IMG/VR virus record: IMGVR_UViG_3300000114_000007
Coordinates: 13 to 64,012 of that record
Strand: one strand, 5' to 3'
Length of the DNA: 64,000 nucleotides
From: a virus
In this document: one piece after another, positions 50,301-59,154 of the stretch
How positions within the stretch are numbered: the first letter of the stretch is position 1
How the letters are laid out: each line of letters starts with the position of its first letter
Notes under the pieces: generated by a model
Database searches by the model: none
What the model was told of the DNA's origin: nothing
What the model saw: the letters and a program-made list of their open reading frames with translations, nothing else
Program-made: the position numbers and the translations under genes

Positions 50301-50512
50301 GCACCACCTAGCCGACTAGGCTTCTAGGGGATTGAGCCTTAATCAGTCCCACACCAGCGGGAAACCGCCATTAATGGTTAATGTGTACCATACCACAAAC
50401 ACATAGTGACAATGCCCGGCAAGCTTCAACCTTGCCGGGGAACATGAGGACAAACACCCATGTTACACACTGTCACAGGTCATTATACTACTAATGACCG
50501 GAAGGAGTCAAC

Positions 50513-51451
50513 ATGACAAACACCAAAAGAGAAGCAACAACCAACAACACGACCAGCGCAAACAAAGCGACACTAACAACCCAGCAAGCGCACGACCTCC
50601 ACACTAAAGGCATGATCATTAATCCGGACTTTGAAAAGGCAGTACAAGAAATGGAGCAGGGGAACACAACCGCAACAACCGACACTAAACCAAAGCATGA
50701 ACCCATCACGCCGGATAACCTCTATAATGCCGCTTGTAAAGCCGCTTATCACACAATCAAACTACTACACACACAAGCGCCAACCGAAACAATGCGCGAC
50801 TTGCTCAACGGCTTTGCACACCTCAAAGACGGTAACGACACCAACGAATTAATACAGGTTGCCGCGCTTGCCCTCATGGAGAACATGACCGCCAACAATG
50901 ACAACGCCTTTCCGCTTGCCTGTAAAGCCGTACGACAATTCATCTATGCCCAGAACAAACAACATGCAACAACCACACACACCACACTTTATAAGCAGTT
51001 GCTCAAGATCCGCAAGATCTTAAAGGGGCAAAATATCAAAGCAAGCCCCGCCGAACTGGACAAGCTAACAGATATCATTGTTGAAAAGTCAATTACCGCT
51101 GATAATGTGGATGGCTTCATAGCCGAAGAAAAGACACGCGCCCAAACTTCATACACCAGCACAAACATATATATTCACGACCACGAAAAAGCCAACGGCG
51201 ATATAGTCAACGTGAATGATGAATTATCAAAGCTCTTTAAAAATATGGCCTTTGATGAGGTTTTAGGAAATATTAGAAAGAATCTTACACCCTCACAATT
51301 GAAAGTGCTTTATCATATGGCGTTGGGGCGTCCGAACAATGTTATAGCCGTAAAAATGGGAATATCAAAACCAAGAGTATCACAACATATCAGCCGCATT
51401 CATGAAATCGCTAACACCCTTTACCCGAACGGAATAAGCGACATTTTCTAA
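50513..51451 (+). CDS. Sigma-70/ECF-like factor with C-terminal HTH
   Basis: ELIQVAALALME (region 2-like); LTPSQLKVL...IAVKMGISKPRVSQHISRI (region 4/LuxR-type HTH). Confidence 0.65.
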   Translation: MTNTKREATTNNTTSANKATLTTQQAHDLHTKGMIINPDFEKAVQEMEQGNTTATTDTKPKHEPITPDNLYNAACKAAYHTIKLLHTQAPTETMRDLLNGFAHLKDGNDTNELIQVAALALMENMTANNDNAFPLACKAVRQFIYAQNKQHATTTHTTLYKQLLKIRKILKGQNIKASPAELDKLTDIIVEKSITADNVDGFIAEEKTRAQTSYTSTNIYIHDHEKANGDIVNVNDELSKLFKNMAFDEVLGNIRKNLTPSQLKVLYHMALGRPNNVIAVKMGISKPRVSQHISRIHEIANTLYPNGISDIF

Positions 51452-51468
51452 AACCAAAAATGAATACA

Positions 51469-51503
51469 AAAAGCCGCTTGATTATTCAGGCGGTTTTCTT
51501 TTT
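51469..51503 (+). terminator. Intrinsic terminator
   Basis: GCCGCTTGA-TTAT-TCAGGCGGT followed by TTTCTTTTT. Confidence 0.8.
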
Positions 51504-51691
51504 GCTTTGTCTTTTGCTCATACGTTGCGAGAAATGGCGCGTAAGGCGTTTAAACACTTTATAAGCGTGTAACACTGCACGAAACAAAAAACGGTTATAG
51601 AGCCGTACAAGTGATTTTAAAGGCATTCAAAAGTTTTTTAAAATTATTTTTATTTACCCCTTAATTTTCGACTTGTCAATTGTAATATAAG

Positions 51692-52150
51692 TGTAAGGCA
51701 AAGAAACAAACGACAACAACCGCACAAAGCGAAAACAAAAGCGGTTGAAAATCAATTGTAAAAACGCCTTGCGGGTCTACCTTAAAGACCATAAATAAAA
51801 GGTTACCCGGACAAATTCCGGGCGGCGGTAGTACGCAAGAATTAAGCTTGCGGATCGGCTAGTGAATACTACTACAGACGGGCCATTAATCTAAATCCGG
51901 CTTGGTGATGTGGCAATGCGGTGATATTCCGATATAGCGCTAATATGCGCTGGCTGACCGCCTAACGGTTGTTTATTGAAATGTAGCTTGATATACGCAT
52001 AACTCTGTATATCTCCGAGGAGGTATATAGACGGCTTGTATTAAGACGCAAGAAGTATCCGAGGATATGGATGGCTATTACATTGAAATAAATTGAAAAT
52101 CGAAATAGAAATAAAGCGTGATGGAATTTAACTTTCTGTCACGCTTTTAA
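51692..52150 (+). ncRNA. Large structured non-coding RNA candidate
   Basis: No ORF; at least ten helices identifiable by eye (see findings). Confidence 0.55.
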
Positions 52151-52258
52151 CTTTAGCATTGTTAGAATGCACTTGAAATGATATATAGTGCATTTTATAG
52201 AGTGTTAAAGCTCTACAGACCAAAATGAAATTAAAACAAAAGAGAAAGAGGTATTATC

Positions 52259-53176
52259 ATGAGTGAAAGAAAAACATTATCCGACCTTCTGGTTGCGGCC
52301 GAAAACGCAAAGAAGGAAGCAAACGCGGCGATCTTGTCTGACAGCGCATCCAAAATCGCAAAGACAAAAGAAGCCCTTGATACCGCCATCAAGGAATACA
52401 ATGAAATGGCTATCACCCTTGATTTTCAGACGCTCCGGGCGAATTCAAATCCCATGTTGGCCGCGATTGAGCAGCTGGACATTGCCACCATTGAGGCCAA
52501 AGCGAACAAAGATAAGGAAACCGGCATCATCACATACGCCATCGAACCGGCCAGCAAACAAATTTCCCTTGTCGCGTTTGACGAGTTTTGCCAGCGCGAA
52601 AAGCTGACCATTGCTACAGATCGCCTTTGGTATCACAAGGTTGAAAAATTCTGTCTGCTCATCACCTATAAGGTCATGAAAGACCTTGGCAAAGATACCA
52701 AAAAGCTTGAGGAGACGTACTATATCGCCGATGCGGCGAAACAGATTGACATAGGAAAAACGCCGACCAGTAACACGGCCATTCTCAAGCAGCTCCAGAC
52801 CATCATTGACGGAATCATTTTCGAAGATGACGGCGGAAAGAACGCCTATAGAGCAATCTCCCATGATGCCGCCTATATTGTCGCAACCATGACCCGGCGC
52901 GGAAGGGAATCCGGAACCGTTGTTACACCCAGAACCAATACCATGCACATGCTTGTTATGGACGTGTTGCACCGGATCGCCACGGATGGCGAATACAAGG
53001 TTGAATACACCACGAAAAAGCAGATTGCAAAGGCAAAAGAAAAAGCGGATAAAAATGAAATCGTCTGCACGGATTCCGGCGATTCATGGGATGTAAACGG
53101 TGTTTCATACAGCAAAGACGTATTCAAAACCAGCGCAGATGCCATTGAGGATTTTAAAAAGGATATGGCGCGATAA
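52259..53176 (+). CDS. Hypothetical protein with GC-richer codon usage
   Basis: 305 aa, GAGGT RBS; many C/G-ending codons unlike neighbours. Confidence 0.8.
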   Translation: MSERKTLSDLLVAAENAKKEANAAILSDSASKIAKTKEALDTAIKEYNEMAITLDFQTLRANSNPMLAAIEQLDIATIEAKANKDKETGIITYAIEPASKQISLVAFDEFCQREKLTIATDRLWYHKVEKFCLLITYKVMKDLGKDTKKLEETYYIADAAKQIDIGKTPTSNTAILKQLQTIIDGIIFEDDGGKNAYRAISHDAAYIVATMTRRGRESGTVVTPRTNTMHMLVMDVLHRIATDGEYKVEYTTKKQIAKAKEKADKNEIVCTDSGDSWDVNGVSYSKDVFKTSADAIEDFKKDMAR

Positions 53177-53179
53177 CGG

Positions 53180-53208
53180 TTGACAGGCGAGATATCTGGA
53201 AGTATAAT
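53180..53208 (+). promoter_or_regulatory. Consensus sigma-A promoter
   Basis: TTGACA-17-TATAAT. Confidence 0.85.
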
Positions 53209-53272
53209 TAAAATGGTTATGGCGTTCCATTCAAAAACGCCCATAAAATTAAATTTGAATTATTGAGGTGAT

Positions 53273-53656
53273 TTGTTGAGCAATCAAAACGGAAATGAAA
53301 TGCTAATGAAACAAATATTGAATGCAGCAAAAAGATTCATTGATAAAGAGAAAACCCTGATCCCAGACGAAGCAAAAATGAATTCTTTTCTCGATGCCCA
53401 TAATGAAATCAAAAATCTTTGCGAGGAAAACGGATACGAATTCAAACTAAAGGCAGAGCCGGTAGAACTTTCGCCCTGCGATATTATACTTACGCTGGAA
53501 ATGGACTATTTCGGAGTTTCCGAAATGCAAATGGAAGATTTTAAACAGACGATAAATGGAATTCTAGATGCCTTGAAAAGCTTTGATATTTCATCGGCAG
53601 ACGGATGTTACATTGTAAATATGACGTTTGAAGTTTACACAGTTGAAATGAAATAG
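53273..53656 (+). CDS. Hypothetical protein
   Basis: 127 aa, GAGGTG RBS, downstream of promoter. Confidence 0.65.
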   Translation: MLSNQNGNEMLMKQILNAAKRFIDKEKTLIPDEAKMNSFLDAHNEIKNLCEENGYEFKLKAEPVELSPCDIILTLEMDYFGVSEMQMEDFKQTINGILDALKSFDISSADGCYIVNMTFEVYTVEMK

Positions 53657-53759
53657 CAATTGTCCCGCATAATTCGAATTTAAAAAAATATTGAAATTGC
53701 CTTTTCTTTTCTTAGTGTATTTGGTATAATAAATGCATTTGAAAGAGGAGGTAATTTTT

Positions 53760-54545
53760 ATGGCACTAATAAATTGTCCTGAATGTAACAAGGAAATATC
53801 TGATAAAGTGAAAGCATGTATTCATTGTGGATATCCGTTAGAGCAAGAAGTAGAACCGGAGAAATTAAAACAATTAAAACAAGAAACAAAAACAGATAGT
53901 GAAGTAGAAACACAAGAAGAACGGCAAACAGAATCGTTTTTAACAAAGTGTAAAAAAATACTCAAAGATAAAAAGAAAATGCCATTTGTTATTGTTGGTA
54001 TGTTAATATTTTTTTTGATTATTGGACTTATCATTTTTAATGCAGTTGGTGAAAAAAATGTTTATAATGAATATCATTCTAATTTCTACAGTGCGTCTAA
54101 AATGATGCTTTTAGGGGGAGCCGATTCCGAAGAGGTTACTAGAATGACATATAATGTATGGAGAAACACAATATATAAAGAAAGAGACAAAGAAACAGAT
54201 CCATATGCATTGGAAAAAACTTCAAGTGTAATGGCGACATTTAATTCTGATTTTAACACGTCTATAAGATCATATTTTAATGATACAGAAACGATCAAAA
54301 AAGTAACAGGAATCAAAAGCAATCAAATAGTAGTTAAAATGATAATTGAGAAGTTGCAAAATCCACCGGAAGATTATACAAGGGCCTATGATACCATAAT
54401 AAATTTGTACAAGGTTTATAATACATTGACAGATATGGCAATAAACCCGTCCGGCAATCTACAAGGATTTTCAAGCGCAAGAAATGAAACAATAACAGAA
54501 TTTAAAAATCTATGGGAACAACTTCAAACGCAGACACCAAAGTAA
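53760..54545 (+). CDS. Zinc-ribbon membrane protein
   Basis: MALINCPECNKEISD...CIHCGYP, one TM helix; GAGGAGG RBS; TGGTATAAT extended -10 upstream. Confidence 0.8.
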   Translation: MALINCPECNKEISDKVKACIHCGYPLEQEVEPEKLKQLKQETKTDSEVETQEERQTESFLTKCKKILKDKKKMPFVIVGMLIFFLIIGLIIFNAVGEKNVYNEYHSNFYSASKMMLLGGADSEEVTRMTYNVWRNTIYKERDKETDPYALEKTSSVMATFNSDFNTSIRSYFNDTETIKKVTGIKSNQIVVKMIIEKLQNPPEDYTRAYDTIINLYKVYNTLTDMAINPSGNLQGFSSARNETITEFKNLWEQLQTQTPK

Positions 54546-54566
54546 AATCAATCCAAATAAAACGCA

Positions 54567-54595
54567 GAAAAGACACTCTAAACAAGTGTCTTTTC
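54567..54595. terminator. Bidirectional terminator between convergent genes
   Basis: GAAAAGACACT...AGTGTCTTTTC. Confidence 0.7.
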
Positions 54596-54603
54596 GCTTA
54601 GAT

Positions 54604-54933
54604 TCATTTTTTATCCTCTTCGTATTTTTTAACAGTATGATCTTTCATCCAATTTGTATCACTATTTTTAGGACGATACGAATTATCGTCTGATTTATCA
54701 TCAGAATAGTTATCGTATTCTTTTTCGTTCTCATCATCTGGATATAATTTATCCAATATCAAATATATTCCCCTAAAAATCAAAAAAGATAGAAAAGAAC
54801 TAAACCATACACCTAAACCAATTAGAAAGTTACCAGTAACTAACAATACCAATCCACCCAAGAAACCGACAACAAAAATTATTATTGCCATTGTATCATA
54901 TATTTTTTTCATTCTGCACCATCCCAAAATCAA
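54604..54933 (-). CDS. Small two-TM membrane protein
   Basis: Two hydrophobic helices and acidic tail; start probably ATG 54912. Confidence 0.65.
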   Translation of the reverse strand: MILGWCRMKKIYDTMAIIIFVVGFLGGLVLLVTGNFLIGLGVWFSSFLSFLIFRGIYLILDKLYPDDENEKEYDNYSDDKSDDNSYRPKNSDTNWMKDHTVKKYEEDKK

Positions 54934-55024
54934 ATTACCAAAATTCTACCACAGACCGCCCAAAATTGCAAATCCAAACAACTATAACTGCTAAAATCTA
55001 AAATAAAATAACTTTGTAAGCTAT

Positions 55025-55055
55025 AACCGCCGACACCAAAGTCAGGCGGTTTTTT
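55025..55055 (+). terminator. Intrinsic terminator
   Basis: AACCGCC...GGCGGTT followed by TTTT. Confidence 0.65.
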
Positions 55056-55095
55056 ATATCTAAAACCAAATGGAGTAAAACGAAAGGAGCAAATC

Positions 55096-55527
55096 ATGGA
55101 TAGTACACAGACAAATATGTTTTACATTGCTGAACACCCAATAAAAGAAAAGTATCAAAATGTGTTGTTTAAAATGAAAGGAGATATAGAGAACTCGTTC
55201 TACAAATGGCTCAGAAAATATGATCGAGTAGACGTTTATGATTGGGCGTTTAGAGACCATAAAAAAGTAGAGAAGGAGTTTAGAAGAGAAAGCGAATATT
55301 GGTCTGATATCTATATAAAACGATTTTTGGAGTCTTTTCGGTACATAAAAGATATCATTGAATACGTTAGAACTACGCTTTTAAAGGTTGATACCAATAA
55401 AATAATTGGAAATCAGTTTTATATGTTCTCTTGCAAAGGAGATCCGTTATTGGGAACATGTCTGTGCTTTTTAAAAACGTATTATGGAGAAGATACCGAA
55501 AAGAAATTTTTATTGGCATCAGCATAA
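55096..55527 (+). CDS. Hypothetical protein
   Basis: 143 aa, AAGGAG RBS. Confidence 0.65.
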   Translation: MDSTQTNMFYIAEHPIKEKYQNVLFKMKGDIENSFYKWLRKYDRVDVYDWAFRDHKKVEKEFRRESEYWSDIYIKRFLESFRYIKDIIEYVRTTLLKVDTNKIIGNQFYMFSCKGDPLLGTCLCFLKTYYGEDTEKKFLLASA

Positions 55528-55548
55528 CAAAACGAAACAAAATATAAC

Positions 55549-55576
55549 TTGACAAAATAAAATGAATGTGTATAAT
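55549..55576 (+). promoter_or_regulatory. Sigma-A promoter upstream of tRNA/early cluster
   Basis: TTGACA-16-TATAAT. Confidence 0.7.
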
Positions 55577-55603
55577 GAAGTTAAGGACAGGAGGAAATAC
55601 ATA

Positions 55604-55795
55604 ATGAAAACGTTTTTCGGAACACTTGCGTTTATTGCCGCCTTTGTGGCACTTGGCACAATAGGCGCATTGGAATATGAAAGAATTTCTTTTGCTCATG
55701 CAACCATACAAGGTGGAATATCAATATTTTCTCTTGTAATTTTCATGGGTTTGGCAGGAGGATTTCAGGAATCAAAGCCGTCAAGACGATGGTAA
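55604..55795 (+). CDS. Small membrane protein
   Basis: ATG after AGGAGG; two hydrophobic segments. Confidence 0.65.
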   Translation: MKTFFGTLAFIAAFVALGTIGALEYERISFAHATIQGGISIFSLVIFMGLAGGFQESKPSRRW

Positions 55796-55997
55796 CAAAA
55801 TAATTTGGAGCGCGGCAGCTTGTGGTGAGGCTGGGAGAGATACCGTGCTGGTGTGTTGGGTAGACACACGCTCCTTTCTTTTGTTGGAAATACATAACAA
55901 TACAGGAGTTCCATCACCATTAGGGTGACATTTTCACTCCTCCTTTCTTTTTTATTTGGCCGTCGATATTTTGCGTTAATGTTGATGGCCAAATCAT

Positions 55998-56074
55998 GGG
56001 CCATTAGTTCAGTTTGGTAGAACTCCCGGCTCATAACCGGTATGTCATAGGTTCAAATCCTATATGGCCCACCA
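55998..56074 (+). tRNA. tRNA with CAT anticodon, probably tRNA-Ile2 (lysidine, reads AUA)
   Basis: Cloverleaf, CCGG-CTCATAA-CCGG anticodon arm, GGGCC acceptor, GGTTCAAATCC, encoded CCA. Confidence 0.9.
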
Positions 56075-56076
56075 AT

Positions 56077-56284
56077 AAGCGGTTTCTAGAGCCGCCACGT
56101 GAACCACTTGTATGGGTTCCAAAAGACTACGGAGAAGCATAGAACGCTTAATCTTTTTTAGATGCGTACCACTCTATGAGAAAGGTCTTTTGCATATTTT
56201 ATGACGAAATGGGTGAGTTAAAGTATGGGTATAGCAATGTAAGTACAATAAAATGACCCAAGCAAGTCACTAAACTGCTTACCA
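56077..56284 (+). ncRNA. CCA-ended structured RNA candidate between tRNAs
   Basis: AAGCGGTTT/AAACTGCTT closing stem followed by ACCA; internal helices. Confidence 0.5.
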
Positions 56285-56287
56285 TAT

Positions 56288-56374
56288 GCCGCTGTGGTGG
56301 AATTGGCAGACACCTGAGATTTAAGCTCTCATGTTGGCGACAACGTGCCGGTTCGAGTCCGGCCAGCGGCACCA
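56288..56374 (+). tRNA. tRNA-Leu(TAA)
   Basis: TGAGA-TTTAAGC-TCTCA anticodon arm, long variable arm, GGTTCGAGTCC, CCA. Confidence 0.95.
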
Positions 56375-56404
56375 AACAATTTTGAAAAGGAGGTAGACCG
56401 CTAT

Positions 56405-56659
56405 ATGCATAAAATCATAAGAATAGAAACAAACGATGAAAATCAATTTGAAACTGAAAAGGAAGCAAGAAAATATCTTGATAAAAAATATGGCGACCGC
56501 TTAACAACAATTGTTCACAAGATACTGAAACATGAAAAATATATATCGCTGTGTGAATTTATAGACGCAAATCTGGAATTGTTTCAAGAGTTGATTGACC
56601 TAAAAAACGAACTCAAGGAAGATATTAAAAAAGATTGTGATGATAACGATTTCAATTGA
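56405..56659 (+). CDS. Hypothetical protein
   Basis: ATG after AGGAGGT; the ORF-track extension overlaps the tRNA. Confidence 0.65.
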   Translation: MHKIIRIETNDENQFETEKEARKYLDKKYGDRLTTIVHKILKHEKYISLCEFIDANLELFQELIDLKNELKEDIKKDCDDNDFN

Positions 56660-56856
56660 AAAGGAGATTGATCATGTCAGTAATAAAAAATAGCAAATGT
56701 GAATTTTGTGGCAAGACTAGACCATTGTTGGCCAACACGAGTTTCCACGGCTTCTACTGCGATAAGTGCCTTAGACTGGAACGAGCTGATGCAATGTTGG
56801 GTTTACATGAAATTAAGGATGAACAAAATAATAAAAAGAAAGAGGTGACAAGTTGA
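56656..56856 (+). CDS. Small Zn-finger protein
   Basis: CEFCG...CDKC; start probably ATG 56674. Confidence 0.6.
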   Translation: MKRRLIMSVIKNSKCEFCGKTRPLLANTSFHGFYCDKCLRLERADAMLGLHEIKDEQNNKKKEVTS

Positions 56857-57044
56857 GTGGTCTAAATCTATTTGTCAAAGATATTCCACCATTGAAACCA
56901 GATGAAATCGCAAGGAAATGGTTCGTGAAAACCCATAAGAAAAAATTTAGAGACTTTAGAAAGCCGACTGAAGTAGAATACTTACAAAGCCTTACTTTTA
57001 TAGATACACCGGAATTGGTATACACTGTTCCGATATATGAATAA
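56853..57044 (+). CDS. Hypothetical protein
   Basis: GAGGTG RBS, TTG start. Confidence 0.55.
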   Translation: MSGLNLFVKDIPPLKPDEIARKWFVKTHKKKFRDFRKPTEVEYLQSLTFIDTPELVYTVPIYE

Positions 57045-57082
57045 ACAGAGCACCATTTTAATAAGAAAGGACACGATACATA

Positions 57083-57328
57083 TTGGATAAAAAAGAATTT
57101 GTAAATCAATGTGGCAAATTACTCATGATTGCAAAACCAAATCTAATTTCCACGACTTATATGCAGGGAAATGAGATTAAAACAGCAAAGGAATGGGATA
57201 AGATTGTTTCGGATGCTGAATATGCTGTTGTGGCCTGTGAAAATGGATATCATTATTACATAGATATTACGGCGAACAGTTTATGTGCAATTGCGGAGGC
57301 CATATTTAAAGCAATGGCATATAAGTAG
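57083..57328 (+). CDS. Hypothetical protein
   Basis: AAAGGA RBS; V.CENG..Y.I.ITA.SL motif. Confidence 0.65.
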   Translation: MDKKEFVNQCGKLLMIAKPNLISTTYMQGNEIKTAKEWDKIVSDAEYAVVACENGYHYYIDITANSLCAIAEAIFKAMAYK

Positions 57329-57343
57329 GAAAGGAAAGAAATT

Positions 57344-57601
57344 ATGCAAAAAACAAATTTAAACAAATGGCATGATGTAACTAATGAAGGGGATATGTAC
57401 GAAACTTACACCCGCGACAGCTGGGAAATCCCCGAAGACGGAACCGAAATCTGGTGTACCGGATGGAGCAGAGGACAGGCAATTAAACCTTATGGAGACG
57501 GTTGTCATGTCATTGTTGGAACTACAGTATATCATTGTGATGAGTTGATGGGGATTCTTGATAAGTGGGTTAATGATGGGTATACTCGGAAAGTTATATA
57601 A
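57344..57601 (+). CDS. Hypothetical protein
   Basis: 85 aa, AAGGA RBS. Confidence 0.6.
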   Translation: MQKTNLNKWHDVTNEGDMYETYTRDSWEIPEDGTEIWCTGWSRGQAIKPYGDGCHVIVGTTVYHCDELMGILDKWVNDGYTRKVI

Positions 57602-57729
57602 AGCTAAACAAGGAAAACATTCTCTTTATTGGTCACTAAAAAATGACAATGGAGAAATTAAATCATATGAAAAACGAAGATTTATAATTATTTAAGATTA
57701 AGCATTGGAAAGAAGTGAGAGGGTTTATA

Positions 57730-58146
57730 ATGTACATAAAAAATGGTTGTCAACACGAACTTACAGAAGAAGCAAAAAAGCAAATCTATACAATTCAAAT
57801 TCCCATCACTGGTGAACAAATTGAAAATATTATTGTGACAGCTCTGGAGGGTGGCATTGGTTATTGGGCCTGTCTTAATAACGCCACTCCTGAATGGAAC
57901 AATAAACTAGAGGGATTGCCAGCGTCGCAGTATGCAGCGCAATTGATTTTTGAAGGAAAAACAGTTGAATTCACTGATGCCGAAGATGAAGATGTGCGTT
58001 GGGACCTTGACCTCCCAAGGTTGCTGAACGGCATTCGGCAAAACGCAGAAGCAGAATCTGGCAGCATTGATTTGGATGATATAGATGCTGAAATTGCTGA
58101 TTGTATTATCCAATACGCATTGTTTGGGGAATTAGTTTATGGATAA
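57730..58146 (+). CDS. Acidic conserved phage early protein
   Basis: ALEGGIGYW ... DAEIADCIIQYALFGELVYG. Confidence 0.7.
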   Translation: MYIKNGCQHELTEEAKKQIYTIQIPITGEQIENIIVTALEGGIGYWACLNNATPEWNNKLEGLPASQYAAQLIFEGKTVEFTDAEDEDVRWDLDLPRLLNGIRQNAEAESGSIDLDDIDAEIADCIIQYALFGELVYG

Positions 58147-58189
58147 GGAAAATTCATACAATATAAAATATTAAAATGGAGCGATAGAA

Positions 58190-58369
58190 ATGATTAAAAT
58201 TGAATTTTCAACAGGCAATGCCGCATTTGCCTATGGAAGCGCTGGTTATGAAACTGCCCGTATTCTTCGTGACTTGGCTAACTATTTGGAAGATGGCCTT
58301 ACCTCAGAAAGAAATATTTGAGATATCAACGGTAATAAAATTGGAAAGTATGTTTATACGGAAGATTAA
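58190..58369 (+). pseudogene. Small phage gene with in-frame TGA at codon 44
   Basis: MIKIEFSTGNAAF...ETARILRDLA...NI*DINGNKIG; GGAG RBS. Confidence 0.6.
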
Positions 58370-58381
58370 TAGGGGTGTAAT

Positions 58382-58648
58382 ATGTTAAAACAAGCGATTA
58401 GAGTTGAATCTGATCCTGATGATTTTATAGAACAATATAATGATATGCTTGACGAAACTTATGGTGATTTTATGGATATGAACGCAAGCTATATTCTGAA
58501 AGAATGTGATCCCACGGTCTACAGATGTGGTTTGCTGGATTATGTAGATTCATATAGAGAAGAAAAATATGAATGTCCTATTTGTGGTGAAGAATATCAA
58601 GATGAAGATGAAGCGTTGTATTGTTGTCAGGACGAGGAGGATTGTTAA
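58382..58648 (+). CDS. Very acidic small protein with Zn finger
   Basis: YNDMLDE...LKECDPTVYRCG; YECPICGEEY. Confidence 0.7.
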   Translation: MLKQAIRVESDPDDFIEQYNDMLDETYGDFMDMNASYILKECDPTVYRCGLLDYVDSYREEKYECPICGEEYQDEDEALYCCQDEEDC

Positions 58649-59149
58649 ATGAGCTATGAGGTTAACGGAATTCAATATGACTATGACAGTTCCATCAATC
58701 AAGAAATAAAAAGAAAATTTGTTCAACGTGATGTTTATTGTTGCGTAACCTCAATGGCAGAATATATATTAAGTAAATCATGGGAAGATGGCGATGCACC
58801 GTTTGGTTATGATGATATAACAAATTTTTACATGCCAAAATGTTCTGAATGTAGATCAAATTATGGGTTCGAGGAAACAGATACTAAGGCATACAAATGT
58901 GAAAATTGCGGTCATATTGTGGAAGACAAAGACGAACTTGATACAGAACCGCAAGATATTTTTGAATGGTGGATGGTAGATAGTCTTTTTGCAGAAAAAC
59001 TCGAAGAAAAGGGAGAACCTGTTCTTTTGGATGAAGGTATATGGGGAAGAACCTGTTCTGGTCAAGCTATACTACTTGATTGGGTAATATCTCAAATTTG
59101 TTATGACATGGAAATCCTTGAGGGACAAAAATATGAATGGAAAAGGTAA
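58649..59149 (+). CDS. Conserved phage protein
   Basis: IFEWW.V....EKLEEKGE.V...WGRT.SGQAI; inserted CxxC pairs. Confidence 0.7.
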   Translation: MSYEVNGIQYDYDSSINQEIKRKFVQRDVYCCVTSMAEYILSKSWEDGDAPFGYDDITNFYMPKCSECRSNYGFEETDTKAYKCENCGHIVEDKDELDTEPQDIFEWWMVDSLFAEKLEEKGEPVLLDEGIWGRTCSGQAILLDWVISQICYDMEILEGQKYEWKR

Positions 59150-59154
59150 ATAAT

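Noticed and set aside
50441..50464. AACATGAGGACAAACACCCATGTT resembles the MS2 operator hairpin
   Set aside because: The loop is 7 nt rather than the required 4-nt ANYA loop and no coat-like gene is present; probably coincidental.
58319..58321. Genome-wide stop codon reassignment
   Set aside because: Long genes are intact in code 11, and TGA and TAG end many genes normally.
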